A DNA stretch of 64,000 nucleotides from Lytechinus pictus (GCF_037042905.1 NC_087252.1:6078001-6142000); one strand, 5' to 3'; shown: positions 40,494-53,120, counted from the first letter of the stretch. Made by a program: numbers and translations. The notes: generated by a model not told the origin, from the sequence alone.

Positions 40494-41331
40494 TAACTTA
40501 ACAAAAAAAAAAAGCAACAAGAAATATTTATAAAAAGTAGAAGGGCCTGTACAAGTACACTGATATTTCACTCTCTCAGCTCATATGCACTTGATCGACT
40601 TCCATCGAGGATTCGGGCTAAATTCCGCCCGCCACTTCCGGGGACCAACCAACGTAGTATTTCGATGAAGAGCACTCCGTCGATTCACCGGTTGTCCCTA
40701 CCGTACACGCGCGCCTATGGGGATTGTGAACTGTAGGAAAAATCGTATAAAATTACACTTTTTGATATTTCTACGAAGACGAAGTTATATAGAAAATGAA
40801 GAATATTACAATCAGACCATATCCCTAGAAAATTGCTTCAAGAAATGTCATTATGAAGAGGAAATGGACAAAAATTTGTGAAGAAAAATCACGAAAAAGG
40901 AAATCGCATCATGAATATTCATATCATGGGCGGTCCCACATTTGCATGTTATAGCGAGTTTTCATTATTTAATAAATAATGGCATTATTTAATAAATAAT
41001 GGCATTATTTAATAAATAATGATTATTTGTATATAAATAATGATTATTTGTATATAATGGCAAACTGTAAAAATTGTTTATAAATAATGATTATTTATAA
41101 ATAATGGGATATTGAAACAAAATTATTATTTATAAATAATGAAGTAGATATTTCATTATTTAACAAATAATCTTTATTTATAAATAATGGAAAACTCGAA
41201 CATTAAATAATGATTATTTATAAATAATGAGAATAATGGTGCACTCGAAAAAATTATTTATAAATAATGAAGTAGACGTTTTCATTATTTAACAAATAAT
41301 CATTATTTATAAATAATGGAAAACTCAACAA

Positions 41332-41721
41332 ATTATTTATAAATAATGAAAAACAAATAATCATTATTTATAAATAATGAAAAACAAATAATCATTATTT
41401 GTAAATAATGAAAAACAAATAATCATTATTTATAAATAATGAAAAACAAATAATCATTATTTATAAATAATGAAAAACAAATAATCATTATTTATAAATA
41501 ATGAAAAACAAATAATCATTATTTGTAAATAATGAAAAACAAATAATCATTATTTATAAATAATGAAAAACAAATAATCATTATTTATAAATAATGAAAA
41601 ACAAATAATCATTATTTGTAAATAATGAAAAACAAATAATCATTATTTATAAATAATGAAAAACAAATAATCATTATTTATAAATAATGAAAAACAAATA
41701 ATCATTATTTATAAATAATGG
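41332..41721 (-). repeat. 31-bp tandem array in right arm (12 units)
   Basis: TGAAAAAC recurs with period 31, ending at 41354 ... 41695. Confidence 0.95.
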
Positions 41722-42166
41722 AATGTCGAACTATTATTATTTACAAATAATGAAGTATTACTTGGAATTATATATAAATAATTAGAAATGATATTTTATA
41801 TGATAGTAGTTATTTACAAATAAAATGTAAATTATATATAAATAATAGTTATTATTTAATAAATAATGATTATATAACAAATAATTGTTCTATATAATAT
41901 TGGTACATTCGGCGCCTCATAGAAAACATTATTATATTATTATACATCATTATGACGGAGAAGAATGTTAGCGTTGAAACTTGAAAGTTAACATTCAAAT
42001 ACTAGTAATGGCAAAGGGGATAAAAGTTACGATTGATCAAAATAGACTACTAGGATGAATGGATGGATTGAGACACTCAGACAGGAAATAATGAACGTCA
42101 CTTAAATATTTGTAAATAGAAAAAGATAACCACTGATACCATGTTGACATTTACCATTAAACAATT

Positions 42167-42432
42167 TGGTCCGTATTCGGAACTTTAACCACAGACTAAA
42201 GTTGTTGTTTAACCATGGGTAGGCAAACGTGACGCCAATCTCTATAATTAGATGATCAATGTATTATAACACGTCATCGGCAATACAATAATTTTCCTCA
42301 TCCTCGAAACATAGGAAAGATCCCAGTAAAGCCAGGATGAATTACATTGCATACACACACTTACAGCTTCCAATAATTTTAGCCCAGAGTTAGACCACGG
42401 TTGAGTTAAACTGGAGAACAGACTACGGAGCT
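42167..42432. mobile_element. Possible decayed Harbinger-type MITE
   Basis: TGGTCCGTATTC at left, GACTACGGAGC at right; AACCACAGACTAA / TTAGACCACGGTT subterminal motifs. Degenerate. Confidence 0.3.
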
Positions 42433-44630
42433 CATGGTTTAATAATGAACAGAAAATTATTTTATGCTAACCTATATTGACCTGAATGTTCATTTATTTT
42501 AATAAATAGAGTGTTAATCAAAACTGAGTTGAATGATAATCAATGTTGCGAGCAAACCTTATGGAAACCTATGGGATGAAGTCTGTAGTAAGATTGACTG
42601 TTGACGGAATGCACTGATTATAAACAGGATTAAGCTACCAAATTGGCCTCAATATTGAGGAGCTGCTTTCTAAGAAAAGGGACTTTTTTAAAAGAAAACT
42701 TGTCGCGCTCTTTTGGTACATAACTGGCTTTGATATCGAGTGCAGTCAAGTATGAAATTATATCCTATTGGGGCACCCCCCCCCCCATTCTACATACTGA
42801 ATATTTGTACATTTTGTCATCATCGAAGAAGCCCCCCACCCCACATTCGTCATGTTGTAACCCCAGGGAACCAGAAAATGCCCGAACGGATCTTAACAGG
42901 AAACTATGAATGCATTATTCAACATTAAGTTATGAGACGTGAACGACAAGGTAAATACGGGGAAAATCCCTAAATGAATGCGTAAAGTGACTGAGTAATA
43001 AAAGCCAGAAGGTGGTGACTTTCAAGATGGATGTTGCAATATTGCTTTAAAAGGATTAAGAGAGTCTGAATTTAGCTCAGAGGCCGACTTCCCAATGCAA
43101 TATAGGAAAGACGTATAATACGTCAACATTCTAAGATTGCCAAAGATCTTCATCCAAAAAGTGTCTAAACATGAAGGTGCTTCTTCTGTATATATATATA
43201 TATACAAAAACACACAGCATGTTTTGTTTTATCCAAAGGGGTCTGTTAACTTCTGAAGAAAAAAACCCGAAAATTTGAGGGTTATTATTTTACTCTTTTT
43301 CTTTTCGGTGTAAAAGCAACAAAGCCTGAACTGTAAGAACGAGATGGAAGTCAGTAACATGGGGACCAATGATCGAGTTTTGGAATGCACCTTGGCTGAG
43401 TGATAGCACCCAGCGGGTGTGAGAGGGTGCGTGTGTGGGCGCGCGCGCGTGTGTGTAGGCTGATAGTGACAATATGCACACCTGAATGAATGATATCTGA
43501 TTCAGGCACGTCTGCAAAGTTATTTTAAACAAAATAGGAATAATGAAAGTTTCATTATGTACCAATTCCATTGTGGATATTGCTAAGAAGTATAACGTCT
43601 AGAAGACATGAGGTAGCCTGCCAACATGTATATAGATTAGCTTTGATTCAACTTTAAATATCCTGTACAGAGGCGTATTCGAGGCACGTATTACCTTAGA
43701 CCACACGATCTAAATTGGAAATCAACGCTTCAGTAATCATTAATAACTTACGTGTCTCAGAGTAATTGAAACCCGCTAGGATTTTCGTAACTGGATTTTT
43801 CAGGGATTTCGGAAGACACCAAGTCGTTTCAGAGTTTAAAGATCACTTTGGTTTCTTTGGCTTCAAATAGCTGAAACTTTGCATTAACTGTTCACTTCAT
43901 TAATAAGCTAATATCTAAAAAAAATGATAACATGCAAGAGCATTAATAGCATTACTTAGCAATGCCCTTTGCGGAGGTAATTTGATTCTTATTACAATCA
44001 TGCTTATAGCGCTTATTTCACAATACAAATGACAGAAAGAAGTAGAGATTAGTGTAATCTATCTCGTTCCTATCGTTCACACATGATTTTGAATGTAAGG
44101 AATCCAAGAAACGGTTTCAGACTTCCCTTTTCTCCTTTCTTAAACGTACTCTCCAGCAAACTGAATTGTCCTAGAAAGATCAACTAATAAACTCGACAAG
44201 GGTAATGCCCAAGAAAGAGGCTATTAACATTAATAACAATTTCAAGCATTTAGAATATACGACAATCCGTGAGGAAAAAGAAGTTTTGGAGTGAAAACAT
44301 GGAGCACAAGGGGGCCAAATAAGACATATAGGAGCAGCCTTATAGAGAGAGGAACGGTATGAAATAAATATGCATGGGATCATATCTGGAGGCAGACTTG
44401 TGTATTGATGTTACTACAACTGGGCGAATAGACCCTCGGGGTTTAGTCATATCCAAACATATTCTCCTATTTATATATTCCCCTGCCTCGCATGTGAAAT
44501 TGTTTGTCTCGGGTTTCTTTCGTAATGTCGAACGACAGATTTAGGGCTCGTTCACATACAAGAGCTTGGTAGACGCCAAAGAACCGAAACATAAAGACAT
44601 GAGTAGTGTGTAAGACAATAGGGATTAAAC

Positions 44631-44632
<2 letters not shown>

Positions 44633-44720
<88 letters not shown>
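44633..44720. repeat. (TA)n microsatellite
   Basis: Direct reading. Confidence 0.98.
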
Positions 44721-44722
<2 letters not shown>

Positions 44723-45181
44723 CAAGGTAAAGCATTAAGGGCGAGCAAGCTGACAAATTTCAAGGAAATAAAGAATCTTTTTTTTTTCAAACATCAAAAA
44801 CAGCTAAAGGTATAATAACAAAGGAGAAGCTGGAAGGTTAATACAATTCGAAGAATAATACGAAGAAGAAGAAGGAAAGGAAGAAGAAGAAGAAGAGGAG
44901 GAGGAGGAGAAAGACTCCCTGAGACCCCGTAGCTTGACGCATCCATGCGTCTGTCATTTGCGTCATGTAATCATGGTAATTGTTTTCAACTACACATCGA
45001 TACTCTATTGCCATTCACGAGGGAACGTCACGCCAATGCTTGTTTGAACGAAAAACTGTTAGACATTGAGCATGCGCAATAAGTTTCTGACCCATCTACT
45101 TCATTCTAAAACAACTTTCAGATGGTGGATTCACGGGGTCATACAAAGTTTTGTGTGTGAGGGTGTGCGCGTTTGTTGGTT

Positions 45182-45237
<56 letters not shown>

Positions 45238-45631
45238 AGGGTGTGTGTGTGAGAGAGAGAGAGAGACATTAGCTAGAAATTGTAGTTTTTGAGTCCCAAG
45301 ATCAACGTCACTAAGTTATGAAGTAATGCAGTTTTTACTGTTTTTTTTAATATATTTACTGAAGCCAAGCGCAAAACTTCCTCACTGCATCAACCACCGT
45401 TCTCTACCCTCTGCTTTCAGTATTTTCGATTTTATATCTGCTACACGCCACCTTAATGCGATGTAAGATCTGAGAGAAAGAGTTAATATGAGCCGATATT
45501 GAAAACCGAGATAGACGCGTTATAAACGGGTTTTATACACTGACATACGTCGACATATGATCGACAATGTTGACTTGAAAGAAATATATAACCTGTAGAC
45601 GTGTTTCAATCTCGAAATTAATCCTAAAAAA

Positions 45632-46142
45632 CATGATGAAGATGATTGTGATGATGATGGTGCCATTTATGATGATGATAATGATGGTGCTGATGATGTG
45701 ATGGTGCTGCTAATGATGGTGGGTGTGATGATGGTGGTGGTGGTGCTAATGATGGTGGTGGTGGTGCTGCTGATGGTTGTGTTGGTGTTGTTGATGATGA
45801 TTGTGCTGATTTTGATAGTGGTGGTGGTGCTGCTGATGATGATGATGGTGGTGCTGTTGATGATGGTGGTGGTGCTGATGATGATGGTGGTTCTGATGAT
45901 GGTGGTGGTGATGCTGATGATGATGGAGCTGCCGAAGATGATGGTGCTGTTGATGATGGTGGTGCAACTGACGATGGCGATTCTGATGATAGCGGTACTA
46001 ATGATGATGATGGCACAGATTATAGTGACAGTGGAGATGATAATGGTAGCAATTATTATGATGATGGTGATGTAGTTGGTTATGATGATGACGGTGGTGC
46101 TGGTGATAACGACGTTTGAAATGATAATGATCGTGGTGGTGT
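45632..46142. repeat. Compound (GAT)n/(GGT)n/(GCT)n trinucleotide tract
   Basis: Direct reading; gives poly-H, poly-S/P and poly-M/V ORFs in several frames. Confidence 0.93.
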
Positions 46143-48805
46143 TATGGGATTACTTGGGCTGGGTATTGTGTGTAGTGGTTGTACTGGTACTCTCCCTGCT
46201 GTGAGTGTGGTAGCTGTGGCAGCAATGATGAATATGTTACCGATGGCAATATTGGTTTACATAGCAACAATGATGGCGGTTGTGGTGATACTTGTTGTGA
46301 AGTTGAAAGGTGTAATCGATCCCGATGGTAATACTAATATTGGTGAAACATGTGGTGTTGTATACGTGCGTTACTTTTTTTTCCTTTTATTTTCGTGTGT
46401 GCATACAAATTGCCATGCGGTTATATCTAAACAAAAAAGGAAACGAGGAAGAAACATGTCTAAAGTGGATAATTGTGGATATAAGCACATTTGTAGTCTG
46501 CATTCTTAACCTGAAAGCCAAATTCGAAATGAATATTTTGATATTACCCTAATGATTCATTATGTATTCCTCCGTACCCATATGAATTTCAGAATTCATA
46601 AGAGGAAGATGCCGAAAGCGTGATGCGGATTTTATACGATTTTACATCGCTGTAATCATGCACTCTGCTGCCGCTTAACAGCCTCATCATATTGAAATAT
46701 AAGAAAAAGATGCTGACTTCATGACACATCTTCGACGTACACCATGATGATAAAAGCGAGAACAGGGAATAATTTTTTTTCATAGATTCTGAATTTAGTA
46801 TTGTACATAATCAGCCGAGCATGCATCCGTTGCCTAAACCATCTTCCTCAGATTAGCATAAATATGAGGGCTGCCAAGTTACTAGCGGGCAAACTGTCAA
46901 GATTTGTTTAAATCGGTTTGCTGAAAAGTGACATGAAATACATAAAGAAAGATGACAGATGATCAAAAAGAAGGCTTTAGTTTGGAGGTATGTAAACCCA
47001 TACTTTCAAACAAACATAGTTGGCAAGCCTTACAACCCCCCCCCCCCCTCATTTACATGATCATAAACTTTCTTTTAAATCAAAATAGCGTAATATCAAA
47101 AAGTTTTATTCTTTCTTACAATCATGAGATTATTATATCATACGCTTTAAATCAATCTATATGTATACCTTCAGTAGAATATGGATATAACCACTCCTGA
47201 TTAAAACCAGATTGCATTATGAAGAACAATCTGGTTTTCTTTCAAACAATGGTTTGAACTGATATTAGCCAATTATTGTTGGAACAATAGTCTAAAAATA
47301 TGACTACTTACTCGGAAGCAAGAGGTTGCACCAATAGAATCTGGTCTGTTCCTTAAACATCTCAAGTGTCCCTCTTCATTACCGTCAATGATCTCTATTT
47401 CCCGCCCTTTTCGTCACGTGTGTCTGTGATACGCAAGCATCCATGCCCACGATATGAAAGCAACCCTAGATTCTAATTTCTAGTAATTGCGCTCTCTATT
47501 CGCGAATGTCCTGAGAGTGTCCGAACGCCGGGCTCCGTGAAGGGGTCTATTGAGACGGGTTCAGACGAATTCTGGGAAAATTAATTTAATGTGTCTTTGA
47601 AGAGCAAAAACGCAAACAAAATATGTTAAATCCACGCGCAGTTGAATTTGTAGTTTTAGGACTAGTTTAGCCGAGGAATTAGAGTGAGTGATCCCGTGAG
47701 TAACGGAAATTTGGGGCAATTTAACATTTGGAAGGTTTGGGCTGCTACGCCTTGCATGTTCCCTTAAGATTTGTCAAGTTTGACAGAACGTTACCAGGGT
47801 AGCATACGCATTTACGCGCGCATGCAGTTGGTATCATGCACAATTTACTATGTTGATTGAATGGTATAGCTCTGGTATTACGCAGCGATTGGTCTCTTAA
47901 AACTGCGCGTGTGCCTTATAATTGATCATTGGTGTTTATTTCTTTACTTATACACGCATTCATTTTATTTTATTTATATCATTTATTTTAGTTCATTTAC
48001 TTTATTCATATTTTATTTATTTTATTCTTTATAATTTTCTTGTATTACTCGTTTGACTTATATCTTTATTTGTGGTAGAGCATAATGTAAGCATGTCGAA
48101 TAACATTCCCAGTATCTCTGTAGGTACCTAAAAAGGGCGTAATTAGATGAAACTGTATTGAATTAAATCTATTTATCATCTACTTGCTAGGAGAGTTCAT
48201 CTAAACGCATCCACTCGTCTCGTTTTCAATAGGTTAATGCACTGTGGTACAGACATACGATACTGGCTATTTGATGGTGTCTATGGGGAAATTAAATCAT
48301 CTTCAACTTGAAAGATATACGGACATCAAGGGCGTAGCTTTACTGGGGGCTCAGGGACACGGCTCCTCCCCCTCCTCAATTACTTGCATAATGTATTACG
48401 CCAACATCAACATGCAAAGTCAATACGAATTTAGATGATTGCTAAATTTGTTGTCAAGTATCAACGCATGATGAATCTCGTATAATAATTGTTGCATTAT
48501 CAACATGGGCGGGCGGCACTTTAGAACCACCCCCCCCCCTTCCCCTTTACTTATTATATTTGCCTCCCACCACCCACGTTATAGAAGTGCGTTCCGGTTT
48601 ACTATGGTGTAAACAGTGAGAGCAATAGCTTATAAAAGTCACTGACTCGTATTAGTGAACTGCGTCATGTTGAAGTTGTAGAGTTTCGCGTGATGACGAC
48701 ATAAGAAAAGTGAAAAACACCCCCCCCCCTCCCCCCTCTCTCCCTCTCTCTTTCTCTCTCTCTCTTTCTCTCTTTCTCTCAATGGGTCACATTAAATGTC
48801 ATTAA

Positions 48806-49280
48806 AGGTCAAGTGTACTTGTAGAGAAGTTTGACTGAAAAATATAAAGGAAAAAAAAATAAAGTGAAAAGTCAAACAAGCATACCACTGACAGTTCATT
48901 GGAATCGGATATAAACTAAGAAATGCAATACATCCTAGTTATCGCATATTTGTGTAAAAAGTGACATAAACAGTAAAGGTGTTCATGGTAACGAGAAAGC
49001 CGATTATGTATTTTGAATTTCATTTGCTTTTCTATGAAGCAACAAGTATTTCAACTTCCCTTTAAAATGTAAAAATTCGTCTAATTTATCATGGACAATT
49101 TAAAATCATCATTATTTCAATCCATTGTAATTTGATGGAGGCTCTCTTAATCATCGAATCTACTTTTTAAATGCTGATTAGCGTCGTTATTAAAGTCAAA
49201 TTTAAAAAAGTATAATAAAAAATGAGTGACATCATCTACTCCCTCATTTGCATACTGACCGTGATATTCATACGACTGTA
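48806..49280. mobile_element. Decayed Kolobok-type MITE remnant
   Basis: TTAA|AGGTCAAGT start and an AATCGGAT subterminal motif like the other TTAA MITEs. Right end not found. Confidence 0.4.
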
Positions 49281-49684
49281 CCTGCTTGATTGTAACTAAT
49301 GAACTTCCCACAACCACTTTTTCATCTTTTACTTTCTATTTCTCTCTTCCGGCTTTTCCAAGATACCATACAGTCTTCTATATTTCGGTTTTTACCATGT
49401 TCCATTGCCCTTCACTCATGCACCTAAATGAGGGCATTAATGCCTCCACCCTATCAATTACCACAATTGTTACACCGTTCGCAAGACAATTCAAGTGGTA
49501 AACACTTCCCAATGTGATCTTTCATACTGTCACGTGATACACTCTCTTCCTCTGTTCAAGGCCAAGGTTAAGTATGGAGGAATTTTTATTCTATATCAGG
49601 AATAAATGGGCTCGCATACATGAATGTACGATTTGTTATTTAGTGGGGGATGAATTATTTGCCAGATCTTAGAGGACTTAAAGT

Positions 49685-49945
49685 TGGTGGTGGTGTTTTG
49701 TGGTGATAATGATGATAATGATGATGATGATGTGATGATGATGATAACGATGATGAGGATAATGATGATGATGATGATAATGATGATGATGATGAGGAGG
49801 AGGAGGATAATAATGATGATGATAATGATGATGATGACGATAACGATGATGATGACGGTGACGATGATGATGATTACTACTACTGCTGCTGATACTAATA
49901 CTACTACTACCACCACTACTACTATTACTACTACTACTACTATTT

Positions 49946-49991
<46 letters not shown>

Positions 49992-50035
49992 TACTACTAC
50001 AGCTGCCGATGCTACTACTTATAACACTACTACTG
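49685..50035. repeat. (GAT)n tract followed by (ACT)n tract
   Basis: Direct reading. Confidence 0.95.
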
Positions 50036-50564
50036 GCATTGACACTAATATTAATTGTAGTCTACTCAGGTAATAGTTATAAGCATAACATGAGAGACAG
50101 TGAGTCGATGATGATGATGATTATAAGAATCCTTGTTATGGTGAAGATAAATACAAAATTATTTTCATTTGCGTGAAAATCACTTTGAAAAATCAGGTCC
50201 AGATTTTCAAAAGGTAGATCGTCTTAAGCAGAAAAGCGTCCATTTTACATACTTTTTCCTGATGTTTCTTTGGGGGCGAGGGAAGGTACACTCTCAAAAT
50301 CAGGGGTGTGTAAAGTGACCATCTCATTTTAATTTTTACATGGTCAGCCCCCCCACCCACCCACGCACACACACACACACACGTACACACAGTTTGAAAA
50401 CTGTCCGCGTTATATTAGGTTATCTTCAAACTGCAAGCATATAGCTGAATTTAACATTGGTAGCAAAAATGTGGCGTCAGCTTCCAAAGTGTGCATTGAG
50501 ACAAAATTCATGGGACGTCAAATATATTTGTATATCCTTTTTTTTTCTAAATAACTAGGAAAAT

Positions 50565-50848
50565 TATAATTGTAATTATACTTGCTTATATAGCGCTAAA
50601 CACTTTATCAAAAGTCTCTTAGCGCTCTACAGTAATAATGGTAACTTAGTATAATTCCCCTCAGGCTGGCTGTTAGCAGAGACCAAGTAATAACCCCGGT
50701 CGGATACCCATTTACTTCACCTGGGTTGAGTGAAGCACATTGTGGATCTATGTCTTGCTGAATGAAGGAAATCACGCAATAGCTGGGATTCGAACCCACG
50801 GCCCATGATTCAAAGTCCGGACAATAATCCACTATGCCACATTGCTTC
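50565..50848 (-). mobile_element. tRNA-derived SINE with Pol III A/B boxes and L2-like tail
   Basis: Minus strand: A box TGGCATAGTGG (50829-50839), B box GGTTCGAATCC (50786-50796), core CTCAACCCAGGTGAAGTAAATGGGTA, tail TGTAGAGCGCTAAGAGAC...AGCGCTATATAA. Confidence 0.85.
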
Positions 50849-52679
50849 ACAATCATGTCTCAATTGAATTCATATTCTTCATCAAAAAACATAAATTTTC
50901 AAATGGTTGTACTCACCATGTATCAAGCATCAGATCACGATGAATCTTCACCCTTTAAAGGCAGATCCCAGTCACAGCGTATATCTTCAAAATGCAGGCC
51001 TTTTCTACAAATTGAAAGTCACTGTTCACGTTCAATCTTGACGAAAATAAATATCCTGTCCACTTGCCATTAAAACATATAAGATGTTGCCTCGGATGGA
51101 AATGATTTTGTCAAATGTTAATTTCATCAAATGCTTAGTGTCAGTTAAAGTGTCTTCGCTTAATAACATCAGTTGTGGTATTAAAAAAATCAACTGTAAT
51201 GAATATGTACAGCCCTGTCTAATGCATAACATGCATAAATCACTCTAATACAGCAGGGTATCATTCATCATATAGTTTTTATAATAAAAATCAAAGTTTG
51301 CTATCGCGTTTTCGATAATTTTTCCACCCATCAAGACAGAATTTATGTTGATCCGGAGATGATTATTGATGGACTCACCCATCGATCTAGTGCTCGTTGG
51401 TTTACCGTCAGCAATGAAGCATCATCTCGACATTGAGCCGTTTTCCACCCGGTAATGTCATTCAAAAATGGATGTCAATACTTGAAATTCGAGGAGTGAC
51501 GAAACTGTGGCGTTTCCACGGAGATATGTCACTTTCGAAGTCAAAATGTCGAAAGAATATGATTGTATTTTTATTGCAGTCATAAACAATCCGAGACTCG
51601 GCGGGAGTGTCGAGGTATTCTGTGCTCGATTCGATGTTCAAAGCATCTCAAACGGAGAAAATCGCCAATGCGTCTCTTTACTTGCGCGAACACTGAAAAG
51701 GGGCTTCTTTGATTTTATCGGAGCACCGAACCGATTCAGACGCCATTTTTGTGTTAAGATAATTGGGTATTTAGCATGTTTAGCAACACACATGAGTTGT
51801 TGCGTAATATGTGTAAGTTCCTTTCTTTTTAGTTGGAAGCTTCGAAATGCGGTGTTTTGAAACTTAATCGTGGTTCTTATAATAATAATTTAGCCCAAAC
51901 GCAGTGCCTTGAAACGTCATCAGGGTTCTAAATAGTTTTAGTCACGATGTTGACGCAAAAATTGATGGCTCATCCTCCAAATGTGACTTTTTTTGTATTG
52001 AACTGGATTTTTTAAAACAAAGTGATTGCAAAATAACAATTTTTTTTTGTCTAGGGGTTGGGAACCTAGTCTAAATATGTATTTTGCCCATGTCAGTTAT
52101 AATCAAACTATAATACATGCATGGGATCCAGTTCGTGTACATTACTTGTTGCTATCTCTGTCAAACTTTGGTAACTTTTAGGTTGTCAAGGACAACCTTA
52201 ATTTGTACATGTTGTTTAACTATTATCGCGACTGGTACTATTTTTGTCTAGTATACATGGTATATATGCATCTCGTTTTGGATTTGGGGGGGGGGGAGAG
52301 CATATCTATTACCATGATTGACAATATTACAAGTAAACAAACATGACTATACATCCTTTCAAACAATGATATTTATCAACAACATGAATGTGGTCAATGG
52401 CTTTCAAGACACATCAGAATCAAATCAATTTATCACATCAAAAGTGGTTTTCAATGAATGTATCTAAACCACAGTATAGTTTTTTCACTAACATAATTAT
52501 GTAAAACGTTTATATTATTCATCGTCATTCAATCCTCATTGCAAATGGATTATCTGGGCAATCGGTGATCAGTTTTGTGGTCTCATCGCTGTAAACGGTC
52601 ATGTTGGCAAGAGGGTATCAAAAAAAAAATTCATTTGGTGTTGATTATTTTAAAGTAAATATTTATTTTTTTATATAGT

Positions 52680-53120
52680 GTATATACATTTGTGTTACAG
52701 TGTTTATATCTATATAAATTTATAGAATTTGCTGATTATTTTTACTCTACTTATATCATATTACCCTTGTATAAAATTTTGATAGGGGGTCTACATCTTA
52801 CAAGCTTTGCTTTTCAGTAGGCCCCTCCACTATTTTTCATTTCATTGGTACGTTTCAACCCTGCATGTGTTATGCAGTTGATGCATCTTTTCATTGTAAA
52901 AATGGCAGGAAGTAATTCCTCAAAAAAGCTGTGTGCACCGAATAGGTAGCCTAGCTTAGCCGGGTAATGATAGCAGGGCCCGCTGGGAGAACAGTTTTCG
53001 GAACTGAAGTGGCTACCCTGGGTAAATATACCTTTATTATTATTATTATTATCTATTACGAAATGTAATTTGAGTATTTGTGGAATATGAATATATCAAT
53101 AAATAAATAAAAAAATAAAT
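52680..53120 (+). mobile_element. Probable LINE 3' UTR remnant interrupted by a SINE fragment
   Basis: Stem-loop GGGGTCTAC...GTAGGCCCC (~52786-52825) in T-rich UTR-like sequence; (AATA)n tail at ~53098-53120. Confidence 0.4.
52904..53052 (+). mobile_element. 3' fragment of the SINE family at 20533
   Basis: TAGCAGGGCCCGCTGGGAGAACAGTTTTCGGA(A/G)CTGAAGTGGCTACCCTGGGTAAATATACC differs from the 20641-20702 copy at one base; (TAT)n tail. Confidence 0.85.

Larger units (their letters stand above)
37305..41921. mobile_element. 4.6-kb non-autonomous foldback DNA transposon, IS3EU-like termini
   Basis: TATGAGGCGCCGAATGTACC... / ...GGTACATTCGGCGCCTCATA. Arms 37305-~39127 and ~39620-41921 are near-identical inverted copies. 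Flanking direct repeat GAAAAC (37299-37304, 41922-41927). No transposase ORF. Confidence 0.92.

Noticed and set aside
37305..41921. Palindrome as a long-read foldback or assembly artefact
   Set aside because: Unique flanks with a target duplication, arm-specific substitutions, different array patterns and a one-sided MITE insertion argue for a real element. Read-level confirmation is still advisable.
44916..44938. TCCCTGAGACCC matching the 5' end of miR-125
   Set aside because: Only 12 nt match, the 3' half differs, and no pre-miRNA hairpin partner is visible.
45624..46509. Ser/Pro-rich, His-rich and hydrophobic ORFs (mucin- or biomineral-like)
   Set aside because: Overlapping ORFs in several frames over a GAT/GGT microsatellite; no convincing splice sites or unique domain.
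50780..50848. tRNA gene
   Set aside because: A and B boxes are present but run into a SINE core and tail; no acceptor stem or T-run terminator.
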